Shown: piece by piece, positions 19,867 through 28,980 of the stretch
Numbering within the stretch: the stretch's first letter is position 1
Layout: every line of letters begins with the position of its first letter
Virus record (IMG/VR): IMGVR_UViG_3300014050_000020
Strand: one strand, 5' to 3'
DNA from: an uncultured virus (IMG/VR IMGVR_UViG_3300014050_000020)
Lineage: Duplodnaviria > Heunggongvirae > Uroviricota > Caudoviricetes
Length of the DNA stretch: 64,000 nucleotides
Position numbers and translations under genes: made by a program
Notes under the pieces: model-generated
The model's database searches: none
Seen by the model: the letters and a program-made list of their open reading frames with translations, nothing else
Told to the model about the DNA's origin: nothing

Positions 19867-20673
19867 TTATTTGGCCACAGGACTATATTTCTGTACTGGT
19901 ACACTGCCGTCTGTGGTACTGCCTTCGGCTGGCTTAGCACCAGCTTTGGTAGCATATCCTTTGGTCTTAGCACCAGGAACATTTTCAAAACTACCAGCAT
20001 GAGGCAAATTACCTTTACCTTTGCTGTACTGATTATTTGGATGCGGAACCGGTTTACCATCAGCGGCCTGTTCTGCACCACCTTTAGCAATATTAGCGGC
20101 ACTTCCGCCCATGTCATTTTTACCAGCCACTGTGCTCTTGGCGTTTGCAGGAGCAGAATGACTTGCACCTGTGCCTACAGTGTGACCTTCGGCATTGGCA
20201 GGAGCAGCAACTTTATCTACATACTCACGCACCATGCTAGGATCAACACTTTCTTCTTTGGGCATTTCCAGATCGGCATGCTCAGGCTCATTCATTTCGT
20301 CGCTCATTAATGCGTCGAATTCGGCTTTAAGCTCATCTAACGCAGCTTCTAGATCCATAACACGATCTTCTAAACCGCCTTCTTCTTCATTGCCACCCAT
20401 GTCAGCATCCATGTCATCCATGTCATCCATGTCAGCATCCATGTCAGCATCCATGTCCACGTCGCCCATGTCGTCTTCTGCCATGCCTTCTTGATCAGCA
20501 TCAACTTCGTCAACAAGATCTTCGACTTGTTGTTCGTCTTCTAAGTTCTCTTCGTCAATGAGATTCTCATAAATCTCACGACTTTTCTCAACAACAATTT
20601 GATGGAAAAGCTCACGAGCCTTATCTTCTTGCTCATTGATAATTAATTCAATTAGCTGTTCATACTTGTTCAT
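19867..20673 (-). CDS. Acidic prohead core/internal head protein
   Basis: Very Asp/Glu-rich with DMDA repeats; lies between portal and protease; TAAATA at 20715-20720. Confidence 0.7.
   Translation of the reverse strand: MNKYEQLIELIINEQEDKARELFHQIVVEKSREIYENLIDEENLEDEQQVEDLVDEVDADQEGMAEDDMGDVDMDADMDADMDDMDDMDADMGGNEEEGGLEDRVMDLEAALDELKAEFDALMSDEMNEPEHADLEMPKEESVDPSMVREYVDKVAAPANAEGHTVGTGASHSAPANAKSTVAGKNDMGGSAANIAKGGAEQAADGKPVPHPNNQYSKGKGNLPHAGSFENVPGAKTKGYATKAGAKPAEGSTTDGSVPVQKYSPVAK
20398..20470. repeat. Mixed 9/12-nt coding tandem repeat (GTCAGCATCCAT / GTCATCCAT)
   Basis: Seen directly; encodes DMDADMDADMDDMDDMDADM. Confidence 0.9.
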
Positions 20674-20771
20674 TCTAGGGACTCCTATAAAATTTAAGTA
20701 TTCTATCTATAAAGTATTTACATAATATTGTAATATTATGTGTTATATAATGGTTTTTTGAAGGATTTTGA

Positions 20772-21002
20772 TTAAAAACCAGATGCTGCGGCAACTGCTG
20801 CTGGCGGTTTGTATTGTTTTGATATGTTTTGAACTTTTTTTTGTTTCTCGAACTTTCTAACATCGCTCATTATTCTCAATCTTTTGATATGAGCCAGAGT
20901 TAATCGAGTTTTACGTACATCACTTAATTTTCGTACAGAATTATCGTCTTTTTCTGTACGAAAACCCGGAAAATCATTTTCAAATAAGTCAGCAATAAGC
21001 AT
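20772..21002 (-). CDS. Small basic head-module protein
   Basis: 76 aa (DVRKTRLTLAHIKRLR) directly downstream of the portal gene; TAAATA 6 nt upstream. Confidence 0.7.
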   Translation of the reverse strand: MLIADLFENDFPGFRTEKDDNSVRKLSDVRKTRLTLAHIKRLRIMSDVRKFEKQKKVQNISKQYKPPAAVAAASGF

Positions 21003-21025
21003 AACAATTATTTAGCAAATGCCGA

Positions 21026-22765
21026 TTAGATTGTCGGCGTTGGTGTGATTCCGGGTGTAGCACCTGCAGCTCCGCCCAAGGGAGAAGCAGTGGCCACAGG
21101 CGGTGAAGATCCCACTGAGGGCACTGGCGCTCCTCCTGGAATTGTAGAAGTGGCGCCTGCTAAATTTTCTGCTGTTTCTAATTCAGATGCAATGACTCCG
21201 GGGGTGATACCCACGTTACGTAATCCAATATCTGATTTATCTGAATCAGGAATTTCATTTTGTTCCTCGAGCCACATGTCTTCATTTTCTTTCATTTCTG
21301 ATTCGCTCAATCCAAGATAGCGTTTCATTAAAAATCTTTTACTTAAATATGGCACTGGTTCTAAACTGGTAAAAGTTTGAATTCTACTGGCGTCAATCTC
21401 AACTTGTCGATACTGTGCAAAATTCTGAGGTTCATTGAGTTGTAGTTCAAATAACTGACTATCTATGTTAAATCCTCGCCAGCGTAAAAACATCTTAAAC
21501 TCTTTGTCAAGATTAGATGTGATCATATTTTGCAGTCTGACACAGTATCTGTTAAAACGCCATTCCTGTATTAGAGCGGTGCCCACACGACCATCAGTGA
21601 CGGCCATAGTTCCGTCATCTGTACCGGTGGGCAAGTAGCTGCTAGGAATCCGCAGGCCACGGAATAATTTGTTGGTAAAAAAACGCAAATCTGTAATTTC
21701 ACCAAGATTTTGTCCGCCTGCCAATGTTTCTACACTACTACCGCGCCCATCCGCTGTTTGTGGGAAGAAAAAATCTTCATTGGTACTTAACGGATTATAG
21801 GTAGCATCCATCATGCTGGTTCCGCCGCCCGTTTGTGTAGGAATACGCCGTTGGCTGACTTCGTTTTTGATTCTATCAACCAATGCCATGGCCAAATGTG
21901 TTGGCATATTGCCCACATCAATTTTGAAAATTCTACGTTCCGGTGCCCGCTGTACACGATAGATAATGATGGCATCTTCTAGTAGTTCTTTTTGTTTGAA
22001 TACCTTAAAAATATTTTCAAGCACACTGTTGCCAAAGGGCCAAAATATATCTAATCCTTCTGTTAGACTAAGATGTAAAATATGCTTGGCATCAACGGCC
22101 ATCTCATTTTGGGCGTGAGTGAAACGACTTCCGCCAGTGAACGGAGCATTGGGTTGTATGTAACTACCTTGCGGTCCTCCAACTTGGGGATGATTAATAT
22201 AGGTGTCTGTGGTGCTTACTGCCGTGATTGTAAGATTTTGTAAATTTGGCTGTATTTCTTTTAATACATACTGTTCGGGTTCTTTGCCGCTGGATTCGTT
22301 GACAATGATTTTTGTAACCTTACTCATTTCAACCCAATAAAGTTGAAATGTTTCAGGATCTCTTACAAAAACTTGATCACCGTATTTTAATGTATTGCGT
22401 ACCAGTTTAAAAATTCTCTTTTTAAAATCGTTTATTGTTATCCATTGTTGCAACTGTTCTTTGATAATTTCTATTTCGGTGTCGGTGGGTTCGTTTTTAT
22501 AATTTATATTAAAAGGTAATCCAGTCACTGTATTGGGCTGACTACTAAATTCTGCTAGAATATCTAGAGCAGCATTGACTTCAGAATCCATGTCCATTTG
22601 TTCGTATTGATTGTATCTGTCAATACGATTAGGGTGTCCTGTGTAAATCTCTGGCAAACTACTCTGATAATTTCTGTATGATGGTGTGCCGGCATCTGTT
22701 TGTGCATTGCCCAATGGGCTGAGCATAGTTGGATTTACCGATTTAAAATATTTTTTCCAAGACAT
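21026..22765 (-). CDS. gp20: Portal vertex protein (gp20-like)
   Basis: LLEDAIIIYRVQRAPERRIFKIDVGNMP, EDFFFP...GRGSSVETLAGGQNLGEI.D and LRIPSS motifs. Confidence 0.97.
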   Translation of the reverse strand: MSWKKYFKSVNPTMLSPLGNAQTDAGTPSYRNYQSSLPEIYTGHPNRIDRYNQYEQMDMDSEVNAALDILAEFSSQPNTVTGLPFNINYKNEPTDTEIEIIKEQLQQWITINDFKKRIFKLVRNTLKYGDQVFVRDPETFQLYWVEMSKVTKIIVNESSGKEPEQYVLKEIQPNLQNLTITAVSTTDTYINHPQVGGPQGSYIQPNAPFTGGSRFTHAQNEMAVDAKHILHLSLTEGLDIFWPFGNSVLENIFKVFKQKELLEDAIIIYRVQRAPERRIFKIDVGNMPTHLAMALVDRIKNEVSQRRIPTQTGGGTSMMDATYNPLSTNEDFFFPQTADGRGSSVETLAGGQNLGEITDLRFFTNKLFRGLRIPSSYLPTGTDDGTMAVTDGRVGTALIQEWRFNRYCVRLQNMITSNLDKEFKMFLRWRGFNIDSQLFELQLNEPQNFAQYRQVEIDASRIQTFTSLEPVPYLSKRFLMKRYLGLSESEMKENEDMWLEEQNEIPDSDKSDIGLRNVGITPGVIASELETAENLAGATSTIPGGAPVPSVGSSPPVATASPLGGAAGATPGITPTPTI

Positions 22766-22788
22766 TATTTATTCTTACTTAGTTTATA

Positions 22789-22796
22789 TATTTATA
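22789..22796 (-). promoter_or_regulatory. T4-type late promoter TATAAATA upstream of the portal gene
   Basis: Exact TATAAATA on the minus strand in the intergenic gap. Confidence 0.75.
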
Positions 22797-22797
22797 G

Positions 22798-25104
22798 TTA
22801 ATAGGAGTTGTTTAACATTTGTTGATTTATACTACGTAAATCGCGCATGATTTCACTCACAGAGCTATTATCTTCAATGGCCTTCTTGGCCAACATGGTC
22901 TGCTCTTTCATAATTTCAACCGCATAGTTATTGTCTTCGATGACTTTTTTAGTCAGCATAGATTGTTCTTTCATGATTTCTTTGAGATCATTCAGCAAAG
23001 AATCGGTTTTGACAGTTGATTGCATTTGAGAATTTGGCAGGACTTCCCCAGACATACTGGGTTTAAATAATTCTGGGCCTTTTTCTCCTACTAGATAGGT
23101 GCGTCCTGGATTGACAGGGCCTCCCAATGCACGAGCGCCTCCGAATATAGATTCGGCGATTGCTTCGCCTAGAAGTCCGCCACCAATGGCGCCCACTGTT
23201 GTTCCAGCGAATGGGATTATAGACCCCAGAAGACCCCCGGCCACTCTACCTAACATGCCGCCGACCAATCTTCCACCCAATGCCCCCAGTGTCGACCCTG
23301 CTGTAAAAGCACCTAATCGTCCCACAGTTTCTCCGGTACTGGCAGCAGTATCTGTCTTTGTTTTACCAAAAGGAATGTCTTTTAACATTTGGTCAACGGT
23401 ACTGAGTATGGCCACTGTGACTTCGCTATATTTTGCCATCAGAGGCAACAGTTTTTCCTGTAAACTAATTCTTAAACTTTGAGCAGCTTTTTCAGCAGCT
23501 ACATAACTGTTTGTCAAGGGATCCAGGGCTTGACCGGCATTTGTTAAATCTTCCATTCCTTGTGCAACGGCTCCTTTGGTTTGTCTCGCGGCCTGATCCA
23601 ATAATTCAATTCCGCCTCTGGCCACGCCCTGCAATACCTGACTGCCGGCCTGAGCAGCTTGACCAAGTTCTCGTGATCTAATTACACTATTTTTGATAAC
23701 AGTGTTGTACTCGGCATTTATGGCAGCAGTTCGTTCAGCAGTAAGTTCGCCAGTTTCAAATAGTCTGTATATGGCTTCACCTTTTTCTCTAGCACCGGAA
23801 AATTGGGTTTCATAGATAGCTGCATCCTTGTCCCTGACTACGCCGTTGAATATGACTCTTTCCCTTAGTGCTTTTTGTTCCATCTGAGTCATTGTGGCCA
23901 TTGCTGTATTAATTTCGTTCTGCATATCCCTTGGCATCGTGGCCAAACGTTGCTGAAAGCCCAATATATTGTTCTGCTCACGCACCTGTGCTACTTTAGC
24001 TTTGGCATCTTGCCCAGTTAGATTGGCAATCAATCTAAGATTTTCTGCATAACGTTCTGTCTGCTGAGCCACCTGTTGATCAGTCGCTGTGGCGCCGAGA
24101 CGTCGCATATCGGCACTGACCTGCGCTATTAGTTCGGCCTGTTCCTCAAACCCAAATCCCAATTTGAGTAGTTTATCAGTGACACCACTATTGGCCAATA
24201 CTCGATTTACACGCCCAATCATTCTAGCGCCTTCGCTGATCCCCATGCCCGACTGTGCAATAGCGTCCGAACTATTTCTCAAAACTGAACTAAACTGTTC
24301 TATCGTTAGTCCTGCTGTCAGTGCAGTATCCCTGAGTTCAGTTAACCCACCGCCAAATAATGCCCCAACGGTGCTGGCAGTTCTAAAGGATTCTACAGTT
24401 TTTTCAATTTCGACAGTAAGAACTTCTATGCCAAATTTAGCTAATTTGGCTGCAGCCCCAGATACTGAACTCAGTCCTATGCCCAAACCGGTCATTAGCA
24501 CCCCGATGCCTCGTGCCCAGCTAGCTCGAGCAAATGTAGCCAATGCAGTCCCAGCGCTTGCCAATCCGCCGCCTATGATCTGTAATCCAGAGCCGGCTGC
24601 GTTAACTGCTCCTGTCAGCAGAGTTGAGGCCAGACCAAATGCTGACCCGCGACCCTGTAGTTGTCTTACAAACTGGCCCACAGTACTGGTAATAATATCA
24701 GTGACAGCGGTCACAGTGTTCTTTAGTACATCAACTGTACCAAACATGCCAGCTGTGATCAGGCTTTGTCTTTGTTGTTGTTCAAGGGCGCTGCGTCGAG
24801 CCTCTAATACTCCACGATTACGAGCGTTGGTTTCATCTCGCAAGGCCTTGTTTACATCTTGTATTTCTTTAGAATTGTCGATTATTTGAGTCTTTTGACG
24901 ACCCATGACCGTGAGCAGCATTGAAAATGTATCTGAACTTTTGCCCAAGCTATCTTTGAGATCTCTCAGTCGCTTGATGTTTTCTCTAATCTGATCATTT
25001 TGATCTCGGCGTCGTCGCGACTCTTCCGACGTTCCAGACAGTCCGGATTTGGCAAAGGCAGCTTCGAATACTTGTGCTAGCTTATCATAATCAATGTCGG
25101 CCAT
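22798..25104 (-). CDS. Tape-measure-like protein
   Basis: Ala/Gly-rich helical protein with hydrophobic Gly-zipper segments and a C-terminal RALGGPV...YLVGEKGPELF motif. Confidence 0.75.
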   Translation of the reverse strand: MADIDYDKLAQVFEAAFAKSGLSGTSEESRRRRDQNDQIRENIKRLRDLKDSLGKSSDTFSMLLTVMGRQKTQIIDNSKEIQDVNKALRDETNARNRGVLEARRSALEQQQRQSLITAGMFGTVDVLKNTVTAVTDIITSTVGQFVRQLQGRGSAFGLASTLLTGAVNAAGSGLQIIGGGLASAGTALATFARASWARGIGVLMTGLGIGLSSVSGAAAKLAKFGIEVLTVEIEKTVESFRTASTVGALFGGGLTELRDTALTAGLTIEQFSSVLRNSSDAIAQSGMGISEGARMIGRVNRVLANSGVTDKLLKLGFGFEEQAELIAQVSADMRRLGATATDQQVAQQTERYAENLRLIANLTGQDAKAKVAQVREQNNILGFQQRLATMPRDMQNEINTAMATMTQMEQKALRERVIFNGVVRDKDAAIYETQFSGAREKGEAIYRLFETGELTAERTAAINAEYNTVIKNSVIRSRELGQAAQAGSQVLQGVARGGIELLDQAARQTKGAVAQGMEDLTNAGQALDPLTNSYVAAEKAAQSLRISLQEKLLPLMAKYSEVTVAILSTVDQMLKDIPFGKTKTDTAASTGETVGRLGAFTAGSTLGALGGRLVGGMLGRVAGGLLGSIIPFAGTTVGAIGGGLLGEAIAESIFGGARALGGPVNPGRTYLVGEKGPELFKPSMSGEVLPNSQMQSTVKTDSLLNDLKEIMKEQSMLTKKVIEDNNYAVEIMKEQTMLAKKAIEDNSSVSEIMRDLRSINQQMLNNSY

Positions 25105-25116
25105 AATTAACCTAGG

Positions 25117-25133
25117 TAAATATTAATTATTTA
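25117..25133. promoter_or_regulatory. Closely spaced opposite-strand late promoters (TAAATA on + at 25117-25122, on - at 25128-25133)
   Basis: Both motifs lie in the 42-nt gap between divergent genes. Confidence 0.65.
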
Positions 25134-25146
25134 TGGACTTGAAATT

Positions 25147-25995
25147 ATGCAAAATCAATCATTTAATCCCTTGACCAAGTATTTTCGACAGCCGGCGATT
25201 TATTTAAAATTGCCAAGTCAAGGGCAATGGTGGGGCCATAATGCACTAGAAATGCCTGCAAACCAGGAAATACCTATATATCCAATGAGCACCAAAGATG
25301 AGATCTTACTGAAAACTCCAGATGCCTTATTAAATGGTCAAGGTATTGTTGATGTTATTCAAAGTTGCTGCCCTGCTATTAAAAACGCTTGGCTAATGCC
25401 AAGCGTAGACGTGGATGCCATACTTATTAGTATAAGAATAGCCACATACGGCAACAAAATGATCTTCAATAGCAGTTGCCCACACTGCGAGAATAAGAAC
25501 GAACACCAAACCGATCTAGGCGCACTGCTGTCTGATATTGTTTGTCCAAATTTTGACCACATTGTGGAATATAAAGATTTGAAAATCAAACTCAGGCCAC
25601 AATATTATGCCAGCATGAATAAACAGAGTATGATAAAATTTCACGAAGATAAAATTGTCATGGCTCTAAATGACAGTAACTTAGATCCTGATACCAAGGC
25701 AGCTCAGCTTTCGCAGGCAGTAAATAATCTAGTAGACATAGGTATCATTGGTTGTACAGACAGCACAGATTACATTGAATTGACCAATGGTGATCGAGTT
25801 TCGGATTCCGATCACCTCTATGAATTCTATAAAAATAGTGAAAGCGGAATAATAAAAGTCATACAACAGAGAATTGATAGCCTGAGTCAACAGGCTCAGA
25901 AGGATTTCCTGGTCTGCGAATGCGAATCATGCTCTAAAGAATATAAAACCAATCTAATATTTGATTACGCAAATTTTTTCGACAAAGGCTTTTAA
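25147..25995 (+). CDS. Baseplate hub assembly protein/tail chaperone (T4 gp26-like)
   Basis: LKLPSQG...PMSTKDE, D...I.IR..TYG, two CxxC pairs (CPHC, CESC) and NFF near the C-terminus. Confidence 0.8.
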   Translation: MQNQSFNPLTKYFRQPAIYLKLPSQGQWWGHNALEMPANQEIPIYPMSTKDEILLKTPDALLNGQGIVDVIQSCCPAIKNAWLMPSVDVDAILISIRIATYGNKMIFNSSCPHCENKNEHQTDLGALLSDIVCPNFDHIVEYKDLKIKLRPQYYASMNKQSMIKFHEDKIVMALNDSNLDPDTKAAQLSQAVNNLVDIGIIGCTDSTDYIELTNGDRVSDSDHLYEFYKNSESGIIKVIQQRIDSLSQQAQKDFLVCECESCSKEYKTNLIFDYANFFDKGF

Positions 25996-26213
25996 CTCTG
26001 AACTCAGACGCAGAAATAGTAGCTGTCATTGAAAGCTACGAACAAGAGATAAAAGCCTTAAAAACTGAATTATTGCGTATGTGTTGGTATATGCGAGGAG
26101 GTATTTCTTTGAAAGAAATACTCGAATTATCATGTCATGAGAGAGAAATCATTGCAGAAATAATTAAGGACAATTTAGAAATAGCCAAAGACAGTAAAAT
26201 GCCTTTCTGGTAA
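25965..26213 (+). CDS. gp51-like C-terminal module in the -1 frame, probably expressed by frameshift
   Basis: Not in the ORF track. Frame is open from 25965 to TAA 26211-26213: ...RQRLLTLNSDAEIV...LRMCWYMRGGIS...EREIIAEIIKDNLEIAKDSKMPFW. No ATG near its 5' end. Confidence 0.7.
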   Translation, partial: LRKFFRQRLLTLNSDAEIVAVIESYEQEIKALKTELLRMCWYMRGGISLKEILELSCHEREIIAEIIKDNLEIAKDSKMPFW

Positions 26214-26620
26214 TCGAGATTTGCTACGCAAATCTATTTCTTTCGCTGTCGCTCAGAAATCTTTTCTCCTATCCTTAACGGCAAGCATTCATCCAGATAA
26301 TTCAGTCATAATTTGCCCGTTGCCGGGCAAATTATGATGACGCCTTCATCCGAGTGCATCAGCCACTGATTTGGTAGAGTTGATATTGTAATATCAGGAG
26401 GCGGTTGACCGGTACCCCCACTCTAGCCTTTGCATGTCAACGGAACCCCGGTCGCACTAATCAGCAGCACGATCGGAGCCTACGGTTGTTTCTTTTTCAC
26501 AGAGCCGTAACCATTTGAGACCTAAAGTTAGTTTCTATCCTCGCAATGCCCAAGATCTGACGGTAAATGAATACAGCCTCAATGGGAGTCGAGCAGCCCC
26601 GACCAAACAGTATTGCATGA
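26214..26620 (-). ncRNA. Candidate large structured non-coding RNA (or structured cis element)
   Basis: No ORF of 60 aa or more; at least 8 helices including a perfect 14-bp stem with a GCAA loop and two crossing helices; G.U wobbles favour the minus strand. Confidence 0.6.
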
Positions 26621-27130
26621 TTAACGGCAAAGTGCCGCTATGTGTTCTTTGTTTTTTATAAGGAATTGTTCGAGATCGAATATTTGCCAGACTTGGTGTC
26701 GTTGAGATCTATATGTGAATGAGCTAAGGGTCGAATCCCAGGATTGATTATATGGTACTGCTACAAATGTGCCTTTGCGGTTGAACTTCATGAACAGAAT
26801 GTTAAAATCACCCTCGTCAGCTACCTCTAACATCTGTTCAATCCATCCGTCTAATTGTCGACATGAGCCTAAAAATAATTGATGAAATGGAAAATCTGCG
26901 TAATTTTTTGCTTCAGCGTTCATTCTACCAAAACTGGGTCCTGGTACAATGTCGCCTTTGCTGTGCCTAATTTGAGCCTCTGATAAATTGTCTTTTCTAT
27001 GTGTGTTCTTTCCGCCAATATAAGCACCACTATTAGTGACTCTGATGAAACTTTCGCCAAATAGGTCGGATAACCTACGGGCAACATCTCGTTCAAATCC
27101 ACTTCCTTTGTTCTTACTTTTTGATGGCAT
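26621..27130 (-). CDS. Holliday junction resolvase-like PD-(D/E)xK nuclease
   Basis: KNKGSGFER...GDIV...EAKNY pattern; adjacent to gp46/gp47. Confidence 0.8.
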   Translation of the reverse strand: MPSKSKNKGSGFERDVARRLSDLFGESFIRVTNSGAYIGGKNTHRKDNLSEAQIRHSKGDIVPGPSFGRMNAEAKNYADFPFHQLFLGSCRQLDGWIEQMLEVADEGDFNILFMKFNRKGTFVAVPYNQSWDSTLSSFTYRSQRHQVWQIFDLEQFLIKNKEHIAALCR

Positions 27131-27138
27131 GAATAGTC

Positions 27139-27146
27139 TATTTATA
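27139..27146 (-). promoter_or_regulatory. Late promoter TATAAATA 8 nt upstream of the resolvase ATG
   Basis: Exact match to the T4 late consensus. Confidence 0.7.
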
Positions 27147-27213
27147 TCTCAGTCTCAGTCTAGGGTGGTCTTGCGACTGCATATTATTTTGCATTTTGTA
27201 TATTGATTCGTCC

Positions 27214-28980
27214 CTAGACTTCGACTTCTGTGCTATATGTGGTAAATCCGTTCTGCTTTGTTACTTTTAATATATTGGCAACTCTGCTCACTAACTCGTC
27301 TCTGTGTGACACTAGCCATACGCTTTTCTTACTATCCCTACTTATTTTCTTAAGTATGGCCAAGCTATTTTCCATGCCCGAACTGTCTAGACCAGAATCT
27401 ACCAGCTCGTCTACGAACAGCAGGTTCATTTTATGATATAGACTTTCATAAACATCACGAAACGCCCAGCTAAGACTTAGAATCAATCGATTACGCTCTC
27501 CCCTCGAAAAATTATCGAAGTCCAAATCCCGTCCCAATTCTGTGATTTCCACTGTGAGATCATTTTTGAATGCCACCTGATGAGGGAGTCCGATTTTTTC
27601 CAAGTAGTAACTGAGTCGTGTATTTAAGTAGTTCAGGTTCTGGTCAATAATTTTCTTGCGTATAAAACTGTCTTTGTTGGTCAATAATTTTAACAAAAAT
27701 TCCTCATGATCTCGAATCTGTGCCAATTGATTGATGCGGTCATAGCTGATATCCACCAGTGCAGTGGTCTGCATGTCCGTGATCTGTTCACCGTAGGGAT
27801 CTGTTTCTGCTTGTTTGCTGTTGATTTGTTGTTGTAGATTGGCCAAAGTGGCTCGATGTTCTACTGCATCACTTTCGCGATCGTAGAACACACTGGGGCA
27901 GATGCCCAGAGGGCCCAGATCTGCCACAGCTTGATTTTGCATGTCTAGGGCATTGACAAGATTGACAATGTTTTCTTTCACTGATGTCAGTTCTTGTTTT
28001 TTCTCGGCCAGTATCTTGACCTGTTCACTGTCATGAAAAGGTTTATTACAGCTATGACAGCGATGATTTTCCAAAGCCACTATGTCTTTTTCCAGTTTCG
28101 CTAGTTCTCGCTGTTCTCTGGTCAGGTCCAATTGATTGCGTTTGATGTTGGTATTTAGATCTGCCAGGGCTTTACGCCTATGATTGTAGACTTCCAAGGC
28201 CCGATGTGCAGCTATTTCGGCATCTATGTCAATTTGATTCAACTGGTCATAGGCCAAACGCAGTTGTTCTAAGTCAGTGTCATGCTTGTTCTGCCAGAGT
28301 GTTTGCTTGCGCTTGAGTGACTCAATCTGTTCTAGAATTCTACGGTTGGCATCAATTTGAGCCTTGAGGTCAGCTTCGGCCTGTTGCACAGCGTCCTTGC
28401 TCTGTCTAATACGCTCTTTTAGGCCTTCGGCTTTTTCACTGAGCAGAGTAATGCCCAACAACTGCTCAATGATTTCGCGTTGCTCATTGGCACGCAAGCT
28501 GAGAAATGGCAGGGTGTAGGTATTGAGAGCCACGATGTGTTGAAACATGGTATGACTCATGCTCAATAATCGTTCAATAGTCGCCTGTGTTTCTCTGCTG
28601 TCACCTTGACTGAGGTCTGCCATGGCCTGTTCTATGCCACCAACAAAAAACCTAAGCACATTGGGCTTACGACCACGTTCGATTCTATATTCGGTTCCGT
28701 CCTTGTCAAATTCCACTGTGACCAACATGTTTCGATCATTGGTTCTATTGATCAAGTTGTCTTTTTTAATATTGGTCAAGGCCGATCCGTAAAGAGCATA
28801 GCTGACTATGTTGAGCAGAGCACTTTTGCCTGTGCCGTTACGAGCACCCGAGTCATCGCCGCCTAGGTCTAGATTTTCTCCTAAGATCAGTGTCAAATCA
28901 CTGCGATCGAGGTTCACACACTGCGTGACATTGCCTATGCTGAGAAAGTTACGGGCAGTGACATTCTTTATCTTGATCAT
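27214..28980 (-). CDS. gp46: Rad50/SbcC-like recombination ATPase (gp46)
   Basis: NFLSIGN, Walker A NGTGKS, zinc hook CHSC, signature FSRGE, Walker B LLFVDE and VSH. Confidence 0.95.
   Translation of the reverse strand: MIKIKNVTARNFLSIGNVTQCVNLDRSDLTLILGENLDLGGDDSGARNGTGKSALLNIVSYALYGSALTNIKKDNLINRTNDRNMLVTVEFDKDGTEYRIERGRKPNVLRFFVGGIEQAMADLSQGDSRETQATIERLLSMSHTMFQHIVALNTYTLPFLSLRANEQREIIEQLLGITLLSEKAEGLKERIRQSKDAVQQAEADLKAQIDANRRILEQIESLKRKQTLWQNKHDTDLEQLRLAYDQLNQIDIDAEIAAHRALEVYNHRRKALADLNTNIKRNQLDLTREQRELAKLEKDIVALENHRCHSCNKPFHDSEQVKILAEKKQELTSVKENIVNLVNALDMQNQAVADLGPLGICPSVFYDRESDAVEHRATLANLQQQINSKQAETDPYGEQITDMQTTALVDISYDRINQLAQIRDHEEFLLKLLTNKDSFIRKKIIDQNLNYLNTRLSYYLEKIGLPHQVAFKNDLTVEITELGRDLDFDNFSRGERNRLILSLSWAFRDVYESLYHKMNLLFVDELVDSGLDSSGMENSLAILKKISRDSKKSVWLVSHRDELVSRVANILKVTKQNGFTTYSTEVEV

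Noticed and set aside
26214..26620. tRNA, tmRNA or group I intron identity for the structured gap
   Set aside because: No cloverleaf with T-loop and CCA, no tag frame or P7 core recognised, and the flanking genes are convergent rather than exons of one gene. A covariance search is still needed.
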